A stretch of DNA of 64,000 nt from the NCBI GenBank assembly GCA_963798485.1, contig CAWCTR010000002.1, positions 1 through 64,000 on the forward strand. Reading direction: 5' to 3'. The notes below the pieces were generated by a model. It saw only the letters and a program-made list of their open reading frames with translations, searched no databases and was not told the DNA's origin. The translations under genes and the position numbers were made by a program. This document shows, in pieces, positions 20,130 to 29,007 of the stretch. Source of the stretch: an uncultured delta proteobacterium (GTDB lineage: Bacteria; Desulfobacterota; Desulfomonilia; UBA1062). How positions within the stretch are numbered: the first letter of the stretch is position 1; every line of letters starts with the position of its first letter.

Positions 20130-21044
20130 ATGACCCCGCTCATCCTTGAGATAAAGGGAAACAGCCTTGATGACGGCCCGGGCATACGCACTGTGGTGTT
20201 CTTCAAAGGGTGCCCGCTTTCCTGTGTCTGGTGCCACAACCCGGAGAGCAAGGTCCCCGGTCTCGAGATATCCTTCGATGAGAAGGACTGCATCGGGTGC
20301 GACACCTGCCTGGATGTCTGCAAGGAAAAGGCCCTTTCACGGAAGAATCCGCATTTCATTGACCGCAGCCGTTGCAGCCTGTGCCTTGACTGCACGGATG
20401 CCTGCCCGTCCGGCGCCCTGTCACGGGTGGGCCTTGAGATGTCTACTGATGACATTGTGAAAAAGGTCCTCTCGGATAAACCATTTTTTGACAACTCCGG
20501 AGGTGGTGTTACCCTGTCCGGCGGCGAGCCCGCCATGTTCATGGATTACACGTCAGATCTCCTGAGGAAGCTCAAAGATGCAGGCATTCACACCCTGATG
20601 GAGACCTGCGGCCTGTTCAACTTCGATGCATTCGAAAAGAAGGTCCTGCCCTATGTCGATGCGATCTATTTTGATATCAAACTCTTTGACGCACAAGATC
20701 ATCATCGGTACTGCGGCATGCCCAATGATTCGATCCTGAAAAACTTTGAGAGGCTTCTTGGTGAAGCTTCCGGGGATAATAAGGTGGTCCTTCCCAGGAT
20801 ACCGCTGATCCCGGGCATTACGGATACCGAGTCCAACCTCAATGCCATTGCGGTCTTCCTCAAGGGCCACGGGGTGCACAGGGCAGACATCCTTGCCTAC
20901 AATCCGCTCTGGTTTGAGAAGTGCAGCAAGATCGGCCTTGATACCCCCTTCCAAACAGACAATGCCAAGAAAAACTGGATCAGTAAAGAGCGATTGCAGA
21001 GGGCAAAGGAGATATTCCTGATTAATGGCATATGCATGGCATGA
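20130..21044 (+). CDS. Glycyl-radical enzyme activating protein (radical SAM with two extra [4Fe-4S] motifs)
   Basis: DDGPGIRTVVFFKGCPLSCVWCHNPES, CIGCDTCLDVC, CSLCLDCTDACP, SGGEP. Confidence 0.95.
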   Translation: MTPLILEIKGNSLDDGPGIRTVVFFKGCPLSCVWCHNPESKVPGLEISFDEKDCIGCDTCLDVCKEKALSRKNPHFIDRSRCSLCLDCTDACPSGALSRVGLEMSTDDIVKKVLSDKPFFDNSGGGVTLSGGEPAMFMDYTSDLLRKLKDAGIHTLMETCGLFNFDAFEKKVLPYVDAIYFDIKLFDAQDHHRYCGMPNDSILKNFERLLGEASGDNKVVLPRIPLIPGITDTESNLNAIAVFLKGHGVHRADILAYNPLWFEKCSKIGLDTPFQTDNAKKNWISKERLQRAKEIFLINGICMA

Positions 21045-21085
21045 TTGAATTCAGCGCATAACAAGTACCTCTTTTAGGGGAAAGA

Positions 21086-21946
21086 ATGATGCATGGGGGA
21101 GCTATGAAAGACTTCAGCAACAAACTCGTTTATATTACCGGCGGGTCCAGCGGTATAGGGCTTGAGACAGCCCGTCTGTTGTCATCGATGGGGGCCAATG
21201 TCGCCATATTCGCCCGGAACAAAGACAGGCTCGACCAGGCAAGGCAAGATATCGAAATACACAGGCGCTCTCCTGACCAGAAGATTTGTGTCATGCAGGT
21301 CGATGTGGCAGACAATGACGATGTCCAAGGAAAGATGAAGGAAGCGATAATTCAATTCGGCATACCTGATATCGTTATCACCAGCGCAGGTGTCGGCCAG
21401 GCAGCTCTTTTCGAGAATATCTCCCACCAGGCCTTCGATGCACTTATGAAGATCAATGTGTATGGGACACGGAACATTATTGCCGCCCTGCTTCCATCCA
21501 TGAAGGACAGGGGCGGACAGATCGTGATCATATCTTCCGCAGCTGGGCTCATGGGCATGTTCGGGTACACCTCATACGCAACATCAAAGTATGCACTGGT
21601 GGGCCTTGCCGAGTGCCTCAGGAGTGAGCTCAAGCTCTATAACATTGCAGTTACACTGGTTTGCCCGCCCGAAGTGGATACGCCGTTTCTGATAAATGAA
21701 GCGGGCATCCCCCCCGAGGCCAGGGCTTTAAAAAACTTCGCAGGCACCCTGAAACCCGGCCCGGTGGCCAGGACAATAATCAAGGGCATAGGAAAAAAGA
21801 AATTCCTGGTTGTCCCAGGACTGCTCGCAAAATTGCTGTTCCTCAATCACCGCCTCACAAACGGGCTTACCACCAGGTTCAGTTCGGATTTTATTGTGAA
21901 GCTGGTGCGGATGATGCGAAGACCTGGGCAAGATTGTCCTCATTAA
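21086..21946 (+). CDS. SDR oxidoreductase, 3-ketodihydrosphingosine reductase (KDSR)-like
   Basis: ITGGSSGIG, YATSK, CPPEVDTP; probable start MKDFSNK at 21104. Confidence 0.85.
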   Translation: MMHGGAMKDFSNKLVYITGGSSGIGLETARLLSSMGANVAIFARNKDRLDQARQDIEIHRRSPDQKICVMQVDVADNDDVQGKMKEAIIQFGIPDIVITSAGVGQAALFENISHQAFDALMKINVYGTRNIIAALLPSMKDRGGQIVIISSAAGLMGMFGYTSYATSKYALVGLAECLRSELKLYNIAVTLVCPPEVDTPFLINEAGIPPEARALKNFAGTLKPGPVARTIIKGIGKKKFLVVPGLLAKLLFLNHRLTNGLTTRFSSDFIVKLVRMMRRPGQDCPH

Positions 21947-22068
21947 AGATACAACACGGTATTTTGATCTTAATGTTGTGAACTTAATGTCGCATTTATT
22001 GACAGGGTTCCTTCATATGCACTAAACTCACACATGGCTTTATCCATATAATGCGCAAGGGAGGGAGT

Positions 22069-22881
22069 ATGAACCTGGTATATGAGAAGGCAGGACACAT
22101 CGCCAAGATAGGGCTTAACCGTCCACAGCAACTCAACGCCCTGGACCCGGGCCTCCTGCTCGAACTGCACAATACCTGGATAGACATCAATGAAGATGCG
22201 AACATACGTGTTGCCGTGCTTTACTCGGCCCTGCCGAATATCTTCTGCGCGGGCATGGACCTGAAGACCGCCATACCCATACTCACTGGCGCAAGGCCCC
22301 CTGAGAATGAGGCAGAGAAGTGGATCGTGGCCGGGTGGGACGGCAAGGGGGTCGGCGAGGCCATGCTCAAGATCAGCTTCGTAAATAAACCGATCATCGC
22401 AGCCATCCATGGCTACTGCCTCACGGGCGGTTTCGAGATGGTCATGGGTGCAGATCTGCGGGTAGCGTCTGAAGACGCCGTATTCCAGATGCGGGAGGCA
22501 AGCCTCGGCATCATGCCCACAGGCGGCGGCAACATCTTTCTTCCAAGGCATGTGGGTACCTGCAGGGCACTTGAGATCCTCCTCACGGCAGGCAACTTCG
22601 ACGCCAAGACTATGTACGAGTGGGGATTCCTCAACAGAGTAGTGCCCAAAGAGAAGCTCATGGACACCACCATGGAGCTTGCCGAGAAGATAGCTGCAAA
22701 CGGTCCCCTTGCCACCCAGGGCATCATCAGGCTCAACCGCGAGATGCGCATGAGGGAATTCAAAGACGTCTTCATCAAAGAGGTAGAGATCGGTATGCCC
22801 ATCTTTGCCAGCGAGGATGCCCGCGAGGGGGTACGCGCCCAGAAAGAGAAAAGAAAGCCCAATTTCCCGGGAAAGTATTAG
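22069..22881 (+). CDS. Enoyl-CoA hydratase/isomerase family protein
   Basis: FCAGMDL, IHGYCLTGGFE, DAREG. Confidence 0.92.
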   Translation: MNLVYEKAGHIAKIGLNRPQQLNALDPGLLLELHNTWIDINEDANIRVAVLYSALPNIFCAGMDLKTAIPILTGARPPENEAEKWIVAGWDGKGVGEAMLKISFVNKPIIAAIHGYCLTGGFEMVMGADLRVASEDAVFQMREASLGIMPTGGGNIFLPRHVGTCRALEILLTAGNFDAKTMYEWGFLNRVVPKEKLMDTTMELAEKIAANGPLATQGIIRLNREMRMREFKDVFIKEVEIGMPIFASEDAREGVRAQKEKRKPNFPGKY

Positions 22882-22883
22882 CC

Positions 22884-24377
22884 GTGCCTGGCATAAACGG
22901 ATTGGGGCACCTCTTTGAGCCGGGAAGCATCGCGTTCATCGGCGCCTCCACGGATATTTTCAAGTGGGGGTTTAATATCCTCCACACCCTTTTCAAGCGT
23001 GGCTTTTCAGGAGAGGTCTATCCAGTCAACCCCAAGGGTGGGGAATGGTTCGGCAGGAAGGTGTACGCATCGCTGAGTGAGATCGATAAGACAATCGATC
23101 TTGCCGTCATCGTGGTCGCTGATAACCTTGTACTGGAAACGGTGAAGCAGTGTGTCGAGAAGAGGATCCCAGCCGGCATCATCATAACCGCAGGCTTTTC
23201 CGAGACCGGTCCCGAGGGGGCCCGGATGGAGCGTGAGATAGTCGATATCGCGAGGGAGGGCGCTATGAGGCTCGTGGGCCCCAACACCATGGGGGTATTC
23301 AGCGCGTATCCTTCCATCATGCAGGCCCTCATGGGTTCCATGCCGCTCATACCCGGGAACATCGGCCTCATCACACAGAGCGGCAACCTCGGATCTTCCA
23401 TCTCCTACCGCTTTCTCCGCAGGGGCATGGGCATCAGCCGACTCATCAGCTCGGGCAACGAGGCGGACCTCACCCTGGAAGACTTCCTCGAATACCTGGA
23501 GAATGACGGCAAGACCAGGATCATCTGCCTCTACGTTGAGGGCTTGCGGAGGCCCAGGCCTTTCTTCGAGGCTGCCAGGAGGATATCGCCCGTAAAACCA
23601 ATCATCCTCATCAAGGGCGGCCGCACCGAGAAAGGTGCCGCTGCGGCCATGTCACACACGGGTGCAATGGCGGGCGACGACAACCTCTTCACCTCTATGT
23701 GCCGCCAGGCAGGCATCATCAGGGTGGATACCATGGACGAGATGGTCGATGTGGCCGGCATGCTCATGCAGCCCATTTCTTCCGGCAGACGGGTGGCCAT
23801 CATCACACCGGGCGGCGGGTGGGGCGTTCTGGCCACTGACCTGTGCATACAAAATGGGCTTTCCATCAACCCCCTGGATCAATCACTGGTTGAATCCCTT
23901 AATACGAAACTGCCCCGCTACTGGAGCAGAGGCAATCCCATAGACTTGGTGGCGCCTCAGCGGGTGAGCGTGATTGCGGACACCATTACCGAGCTCATGG
24001 AGCATGCCTCCGCAGATGCGGTCCTACTCATGGGGCTCGGATACATGAGCCTGCGCGCCTACGGCTGGCTGAGGTCAAGCACCGTGCCCACCGAGGCGGT
24101 GAAACTCTCGGCCGAGCTCATGATCAAGGAGGAGACCAGGCTCTTCTCTCTCATCGTGGAGCTCATTGATAAATATAAGAGGCCCATAATCCCGGTCTTC
24201 GACATTATGAGTTTTGACCTTCAGATGGACAACAACCCGGTGAAGTTTCTGGACACACATGCCATCATGCCCTATCCGGCCCCGGACCGGGCCGTATTCG
24301 CCCTGGCAAAGGCAGTAAAATACAAAAAATGGGTTGAAGAGGAAACCCATGCTCAAGTGCAGACCACGCAACCCTGA
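22884..24377 (+). CDS. ADP-forming acyl-CoA synthetase alpha subunit (CoA-binding protein)
   Basis: IGAS, YPVNP, GPNTMG, QSGN, SHTGAMAG, NPIDL; GTG start inferred. Confidence 0.88.
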   Translation: MPGINGLGHLFEPGSIAFIGASTDIFKWGFNILHTLFKRGFSGEVYPVNPKGGEWFGRKVYASLSEIDKTIDLAVIVVADNLVLETVKQCVEKRIPAGIIITAGFSETGPEGARMEREIVDIAREGAMRLVGPNTMGVFSAYPSIMQALMGSMPLIPGNIGLITQSGNLGSSISYRFLRRGMGISRLISSGNEADLTLEDFLEYLENDGKTRIICLYVEGLRRPRPFFEAARRISPVKPIILIKGGRTEKGAAAAMSHTGAMAGDDNLFTSMCRQAGIIRVDTMDEMVDVAGMLMQPISSGRRVAIITPGGGWGVLATDLCIQNGLSINPLDQSLVESLNTKLPRYWSRGNPIDLVAPQRVSVIADTITELMEHASADAVLLMGLGYMSLRAYGWLRSSTVPTEAVKLSAELMIKEETRLFSLIVELIDKYKRPIIPVFDIMSFDLQMDNNPVKFLDTHAIMPYPAPDRAVFALAKAVKYKKWVEEETHAQVQTTQP

Positions 24378-24396
24378 TGAGCATGGGTGTCTTTCT

Positions 24397-25455
24397 TTAT
24401 CTTCTCCTCCCTCCAGGGCCAATGCCTAAGGGCCTTCCTATGGAGTCGAAGAAGGCCTTGAAGTCCTGGATAGCGCCGTCCGCCTTTTTCACATTGCCCT
24501 TGCCGGGATAGATCTCATAGAGCCTGGCATAGTCCTGGGGTGTGAAAACCGGCATGAAGATGTTCGCACCTGCCTCAAAGGCCTTTTTCCTGCTCGCGCC
24601 ATCCAGCACGCCCAGCGCTGTGGTGGACGGGATGTTGGTGTCCCGGGTCACCAGGCGGATAACGGCCAACATCTTCAGAACGAGGAGGGCATCGCCCGGC
24701 GCATGATTATTCAGCGGTGTCTGCTCATGGGGGATGAAGGGACCGATGCCGATCATGTCCGCCCCAAGCCCCTTGATGAGGAGCACATCGTCTGCAAGGT
24801 CTTCAACCGTCTGTCCCGGAAGTCCGACCATACATCCCATGCCCACCTCGTAATCCAGCTCCCTGAGCCACTTCAGGCACTGTATCCTTTCATCTAAGGT
24901 CCTGCCGGGGCACAGGTTTGCGTAGAGGTCCGGGTTGGCTGTCTCGTGACGCAACAGATAGCGGTCCGCGCCCGCCTCCCGGAAGGCCTTGTAGTCTTCA
25001 TAGGGCCGCTGTCCTATTGACAGGGTGATGGCAAGCCCGGTGTCATCCTTGATGCGTGTGATGATCCGGCACATCCGGTCCCTGTTATAGAGCGGGTCTT
25101 CTCCCGACTGCAGCACGACAGTGCTGCATGCCCGGGATTGGATGGCCTTTGCAAGGCCCAAAATCTCATCATCCTCCATGCGGTACCGCTCGGCCGGAAG
25201 GTTATCGCGCCTGAGTCCGCAATAGAGACAGTTATTCCTGCAGTAATTCGAGAATTCGATAATCCCCCGCAGGAAGACCTCATCACCCACATATTCCTTG
25301 CGGACACGGTCTGCAGCCTGGAACAGTCCCTCCATATCACCGGGGGTGTCAAGCGACAGGAGCTCTATGATCTCATCACGGCTCAAATCAAGGCCCTGCC
25401 CGGCCCGAAGGATCACCCCTGAAGCAGCCTCAGATGTACAGGTCATGCATTCCAT
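24397..25455 (-). CDS. hydE: [FeFe]-hydrogenase H-cluster radical SAM maturase HydE
   Basis: RGIIEFSNYCRNNCLYCGLR, LQSGED, YLLRHET, YEIYPGK; follows hydG. Confidence 0.92.
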   Translation of the reverse strand: MECMTCTSEAASGVILRAGQGLDLSRDEIIELLSLDTPGDMEGLFQAADRVRKEYVGDEVFLRGIIEFSNYCRNNCLYCGLRRDNLPAERYRMEDDEILGLAKAIQSRACSTVVLQSGEDPLYNRDRMCRIITRIKDDTGLAITLSIGQRPYEDYKAFREAGADRYLLRHETANPDLYANLCPGRTLDERIQCLKWLRELDYEVGMGCMVGLPGQTVEDLADDVLLIKGLGADMIGIGPFIPHEQTPLNNHAPGDALLVLKMLAVIRLVTRDTNIPSTTALGVLDGASRKKAFEAGANIFMPVFTPQDYARLYEIYPGKGNVKKADGAIQDFKAFFDSIGRPLGIGPGGRRR

Positions 25456-26824
25456 GTTCGATCTTCTTCAGCCGGTCTTCAAGCAGGTCCTTAACACTGG
25501 TATCTTTGGTCTCCGCCAGGAGCCGGTCTATAAGCTGAATGCCGGCCTGTCTGGTATGCCCCGATGCGTAATCCTCGAGATATTCCTTGAAGGTCAGGAT
25601 GGCGTTCGTCCGGCAGAATTTCTGTATAAGCCCGGGTTTAGCCATATCCATGAAGTCGGCCCCTACCCTACCGAGCCGGTAGCAGGCAGTGCAGAAGCTC
25701 GGGATATGTCCCTTGGTGGTGATGTCATAGATCACCTCATCCAAGGTCCTTGTGTCGCCCAGGTTGAACTGGGCCGCCCTGAAGGCTTCACCGTCATCGG
25801 CCTTGTAACCGCCAGGGTTGGTACGGGAGCCGGCGCTGATCTGGGATATCCCCAGATCGAACACCTCACTGCGCAGCTCGGGACGCTCCCTGGTGGAAAG
25901 GATCATCCCGGTATACGGTACCGCGAGCCTGATGACAGCGACCAGTTTCTTGAACTCATGGTCGGAAACGGGCATGGGGGGCTTAATGGCAGCAGGCGCA
26001 TTCAATGCCGGCTCCAGCCTGGGTATGGATATGGTGTGGGGTCCGACGCCGTAGACCTCCTCAAGGTGCATGGCGTGGTGCAGCAGGCCCATCACCTCAT
26101 ACTTGTAGTCATATAATCCGAAGAGCGCCCCGATGCCCACGTCATTGATGCCGCCTTCCATGGCCCTGTCCTGGGCGGTCACCCTCCAGACAAAGTCGGC
26201 CTTGGGCCCGCTCGGGTGCACCTCCTTATACGTTGCATGATGATAGGTCTCCTGGAAGAGCACATAGGTCCCGATCTTTGCCGCCTTGAGCCTCCCAAAG
26301 TCTTCCACGCTCTGGGGGGCTATCTCCACATTGATGCGGCGTATCTCTCCACCATGCTCCGTAGTGGTGGCATAGGCCGTCTCGATGGCCTCCAGGAAAT
26401 AATCCATTGAGCTCTTTTTATGGTTTTCACCGCAGAGCATAAGGAGCCTTTTGTGCCCTTCCCTCTCCAGCATCCTTACCTCGTCGGCGATCTCATCCAT
26501 GGTAAGGGCCCTGCGCTTCAGCTCCTTGTTGTCTTTCCGGAAACCGCAGTACAGGCAGTTGTTTGAGCAGTAGTTGGAGATGTACAAAGGGGCGAAGAGC
26601 ACAAGGCGGTTGCCGTAGATGCCCCGCTTGATAAACCGTGCGGTTGTAAAGATCTCGTCTATGAGATCATGGTCCTCACACTGGAGTAATGTTGCCGCTT
26701 CCTCAGGGGAGAGTCCATGGAGATCCCTTGCCTTTTCAATGATCTCCAGAACCCTGCCTTTTTCGGGATTCTTTGCATGCGCCAGCGTTTCTTCTATACG
26801 TGTATCGCTAATGAAATCCTGCAT
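25430..26824 (-). CDS. hydG: [FeFe]-hydrogenase H-cluster radical SAM maturase HydG
   Basis: FAPLYISNYCSNNCLYC, GVGPHTIS, PSFCTACYR. Confidence 0.96.
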   Translation of the reverse strand: MQDFISDTRIEETLAHAKNPEKGRVLEIIEKARDLHGLSPEEAATLLQCEDHDLIDEIFTTARFIKRGIYGNRLVLFAPLYISNYCSNNCLYCGFRKDNKELKRRALTMDEIADEVRMLEREGHKRLLMLCGENHKKSSMDYFLEAIETAYATTTEHGGEIRRINVEIAPQSVEDFGRLKAAKIGTYVLFQETYHHATYKEVHPSGPKADFVWRVTAQDRAMEGGINDVGIGALFGLYDYKYEVMGLLHHAMHLEEVYGVGPHTISIPRLEPALNAPAAIKPPMPVSDHEFKKLVAVIRLAVPYTGMILSTRERPELRSEVFDLGISQISAGSRTNPGGYKADDGEAFRAAQFNLGDTRTLDEVIYDITTKGHIPSFCTACYRLGRVGADFMDMAKPGLIQKFCRTNAILTFKEYLEDYASGHTRQAGIQLIDRLLAETKDTSVKDLLEDRLKKIEHGMHDLYI

Positions 26825-26835
26825 GGCTATCTCCT

Positions 26836-27093
26836 TTAAGCCTTTGTAAGGACCGACTTGACTTCCACATCCGGTAGAGAACCGAGCTTTCCGGTAAGCG
26901 CACCGATGTCGTCAGTGGTGCCATGAATGATGAGCGCAATAATACTAATCCCCTTCGGTTCGTAAGGAATACCCATGCGGCCTATTATGCTGTCGCCATA
27001 TTGAGTGATTATTTCATTCACTCTCATCGCCGATTCTTTTCTCTTATGGATGATAATGCTTACTACTCCGATTCTTCGAGATTTTTCTTCCAT
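26836..27093 (-). CDS. TM1266-family iron-only hydrogenase system putative regulator
   Basis: IIGRMGIP and ALTGKLGSL; lies between hydA and hydG. Confidence 0.88.
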   Translation of the reverse strand: MEEKSRRIGVVSIIIHKRKESAMRVNEIITQYGDSIIGRMGIPYEPKGISIIALIIHGTTDDIGALTGKLGSLPDVEVKSVLTKA

Positions 27094-27105
27094 GTGTCTT
27101 CTCCT

Positions 27106-27148
27106 AAAATAAAAGGGCCTTTACCCGCGAGATAGGGTAAAGGCCCTT
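27106..27148 (-). terminator. Rho-independent terminator or stem-loop after hydA
   Basis: 14-bp stem aagggcctttaccc/gggtaaaggccctt followed by T-rich tract on minus strand. Confidence 0.75.
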
Positions 27149-27225
27149 GATACGTCCTTCAATTACCCTCAAGGTCAGTTCTTGAAAACCTCCCTCGCAG
27201 GCTCGTTGCCGTTATATGTGTTCGC

Positions 27226-28983
27226 TTACTTGATGTTCACCTTCTTGTGGGGCATGTTCGTCCCCCGTTTTATATAATGGGTGTGCAGCAGCTCATGGGA
27301 TTTGTGCCCAAGGGGCTTCTCAAGGAAGATCTCATAGATCCTCTTGACCGATGGGTTCTCGTGAGACTGGCGGAACTTCTGCACGGCTCCGTCGTCCTTG
27401 TACAGGGCCGCTGCCCTGTTCAGTCTCTTCAAGTTGCTGGGTGCGATGGGCTGACCGCCTCCGGATACACAGCCTCCCGGACAGCACATGACCTCGATGA
27501 AGGCGTAGTCTGCCGTTCCCTCGCGGATCTTGTCCATGAGTTTGCGGGCATTGCCGAGCCCATGTGCCACAGCGACCTTGACCTTCCCGAGCGGACCCAC
27601 TTCCACTGTCGCCTCCTTGACGCCGTCGAGTCCACGAACAGGAGTAATATCGAGGCTCTCGAGGTTGGTGCCGGTGACGACCGCGTACACGGTCCGTAGT
27701 GCCGCCTCCATGACACCGCCGGTAGCGCCGAAGATTGTTGCTGCACCGGTGTACTCGCCCAACGGGTTGTCATAATCGCCCTCAGGCAGGTTCACGAAGT
27801 CGATGCCTGCCTGCTTGATCATGCGGGCAAGCTCACGGGTGGTAAGCACGTAGTCCACGTCCTGGTACCCGCTGTCATTCATCTCTTCGCGCGCGCATTC
27901 GTACTTCTTTGCCGTGCAAGGCATGATGGAGACCGACACGATGTCCTTGGGATCGACGCCCGACTGCTGGGCATAGTAGGATTTGATCAGGGCACCCATC
28001 ATCTGCTGGGGTGACTTGCAGGTGGAGAGGTTATCCACCAGGTCCGGGTAAAAATGCTCACAGAACTTGATCCAGCCCGGTGAGCACGACGTGATCATGG
28101 GCAGCTTGCCGCCCTCTTTTACCCTCTGCAGCAGCTCGTTGCCTTCCTCGATGATGGTGAGGTCAGCCGAGAAGTTGGTGTCGAACACCTTGTCGAATCC
28201 CAGACGGCGGAGAGCCGTCAGCATTTTCCCGGTAACCAGGGTGCCCACGGGCATCCCGAATTCCTCGCCAAGGGCTGCACGGATGGCAGGTGCCTCCTGG
28301 ACAACCACGTGCTTGGTTGGGTCCTGAAGTGCGGCCCAGACCGCTTCGGTGTCGTCTTTCTCGTACAGAGCGCCCACCGGACATGCAAGCACGCACTGGC
28401 CGCACATGGTGCAGTTGGTCTCGATCAGCGGCATGTCGAACGGAGGGCCGATAAAGACCTTGTCGCCCCTGAATGAGGGCTGCAGAATATTGGCGGTCTG
28501 AATGCTTTCGCACACGGTAACGCAGCGGTAGCACTTGATACATTTGCTGGGATCGCGCACAATGGCCGGGCTGCTCGTGTCGAGCTTTTTCTTTTTGTCC
28601 TTCGGGTACTCGAAGCGTACGGTGCGCAGACCAACCGCCTCGGCTACATTCTGGAGCTCGCAGTTGCCGTTACGGATGCAAATGTTGCAGTCCGTGGGGT
28701 GGTTCGCCAGGAGCAGCTCGACATTGAGCTTCCGTGCATGCCTTACACGCTCTGTGGTGGTCCTCACTATCATGCCTTCTGCCACCGGGAACACGCACGA
28801 AGCAACCAGGTTCCTCTGGCCTTCAACCTCGCACAGGCAGACCCGGCAGGCGCCCGGTGTATGACCTATTTCGGTCCAGGCGCACAACGTGGGGATATTG
28901 ATACCCACGGTCTTGGCAGCCTCTAAAATGGTGCTGCCCTCTTTCACGCTCACCTTTATGTTATCAATTGTCAGATTAACCAT
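27226..28983 (-). CDS. hydA: [FeFe]-hydrogenase catalytic subunit (group A, HydA/HndD type)
   Basis: H-cluster motifs TSCSPGW, MPCTAKKYE, EVMCCPGGCVSGGGQP; N-terminal [2Fe-2S], HxxxC and 2x[4Fe-4S] domains. Confidence 0.96.
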   Translation of the reverse strand: MVNLTIDNIKVSVKEGSTILEAAKTVGINIPTLCAWTEIGHTPGACRVCLCEVEGQRNLVASCVFPVAEGMIVRTTTERVRHARKLNVELLLANHPTDCNICIRNGNCELQNVAEAVGLRTVRFEYPKDKKKKLDTSSPAIVRDPSKCIKCYRCVTVCESIQTANILQPSFRGDKVFIGPPFDMPLIETNCTMCGQCVLACPVGALYEKDDTEAVWAALQDPTKHVVVQEAPAIRAALGEEFGMPVGTLVTGKMLTALRRLGFDKVFDTNFSADLTIIEEGNELLQRVKEGGKLPMITSCSPGWIKFCEHFYPDLVDNLSTCKSPQQMMGALIKSYYAQQSGVDPKDIVSVSIMPCTAKKYECAREEMNDSGYQDVDYVLTTRELARMIKQAGIDFVNLPEGDYDNPLGEYTGAATIFGATGGVMEAALRTVYAVVTGTNLESLDITPVRGLDGVKEATVEVGPLGKVKVAVAHGLGNARKLMDKIREGTADYAFIEVMCCPGGCVSGGGQPIAPSNLKRLNRAAALYKDDGAVQKFRQSHENPSVKRIYEIFLEKPLGHKSHELLHTHYIKRGTNMPHKKVNIK

Positions 28984-29007
28984 TGCTATCTCTCCTGTCG
29001 TTTCACC

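Noticed and set aside
22620-22883. N-terminal extension of the 585-aa ORF
   Set aside because: Overlaps the crotonase gene in another frame; recognisable sequence begins at GTG 22884.
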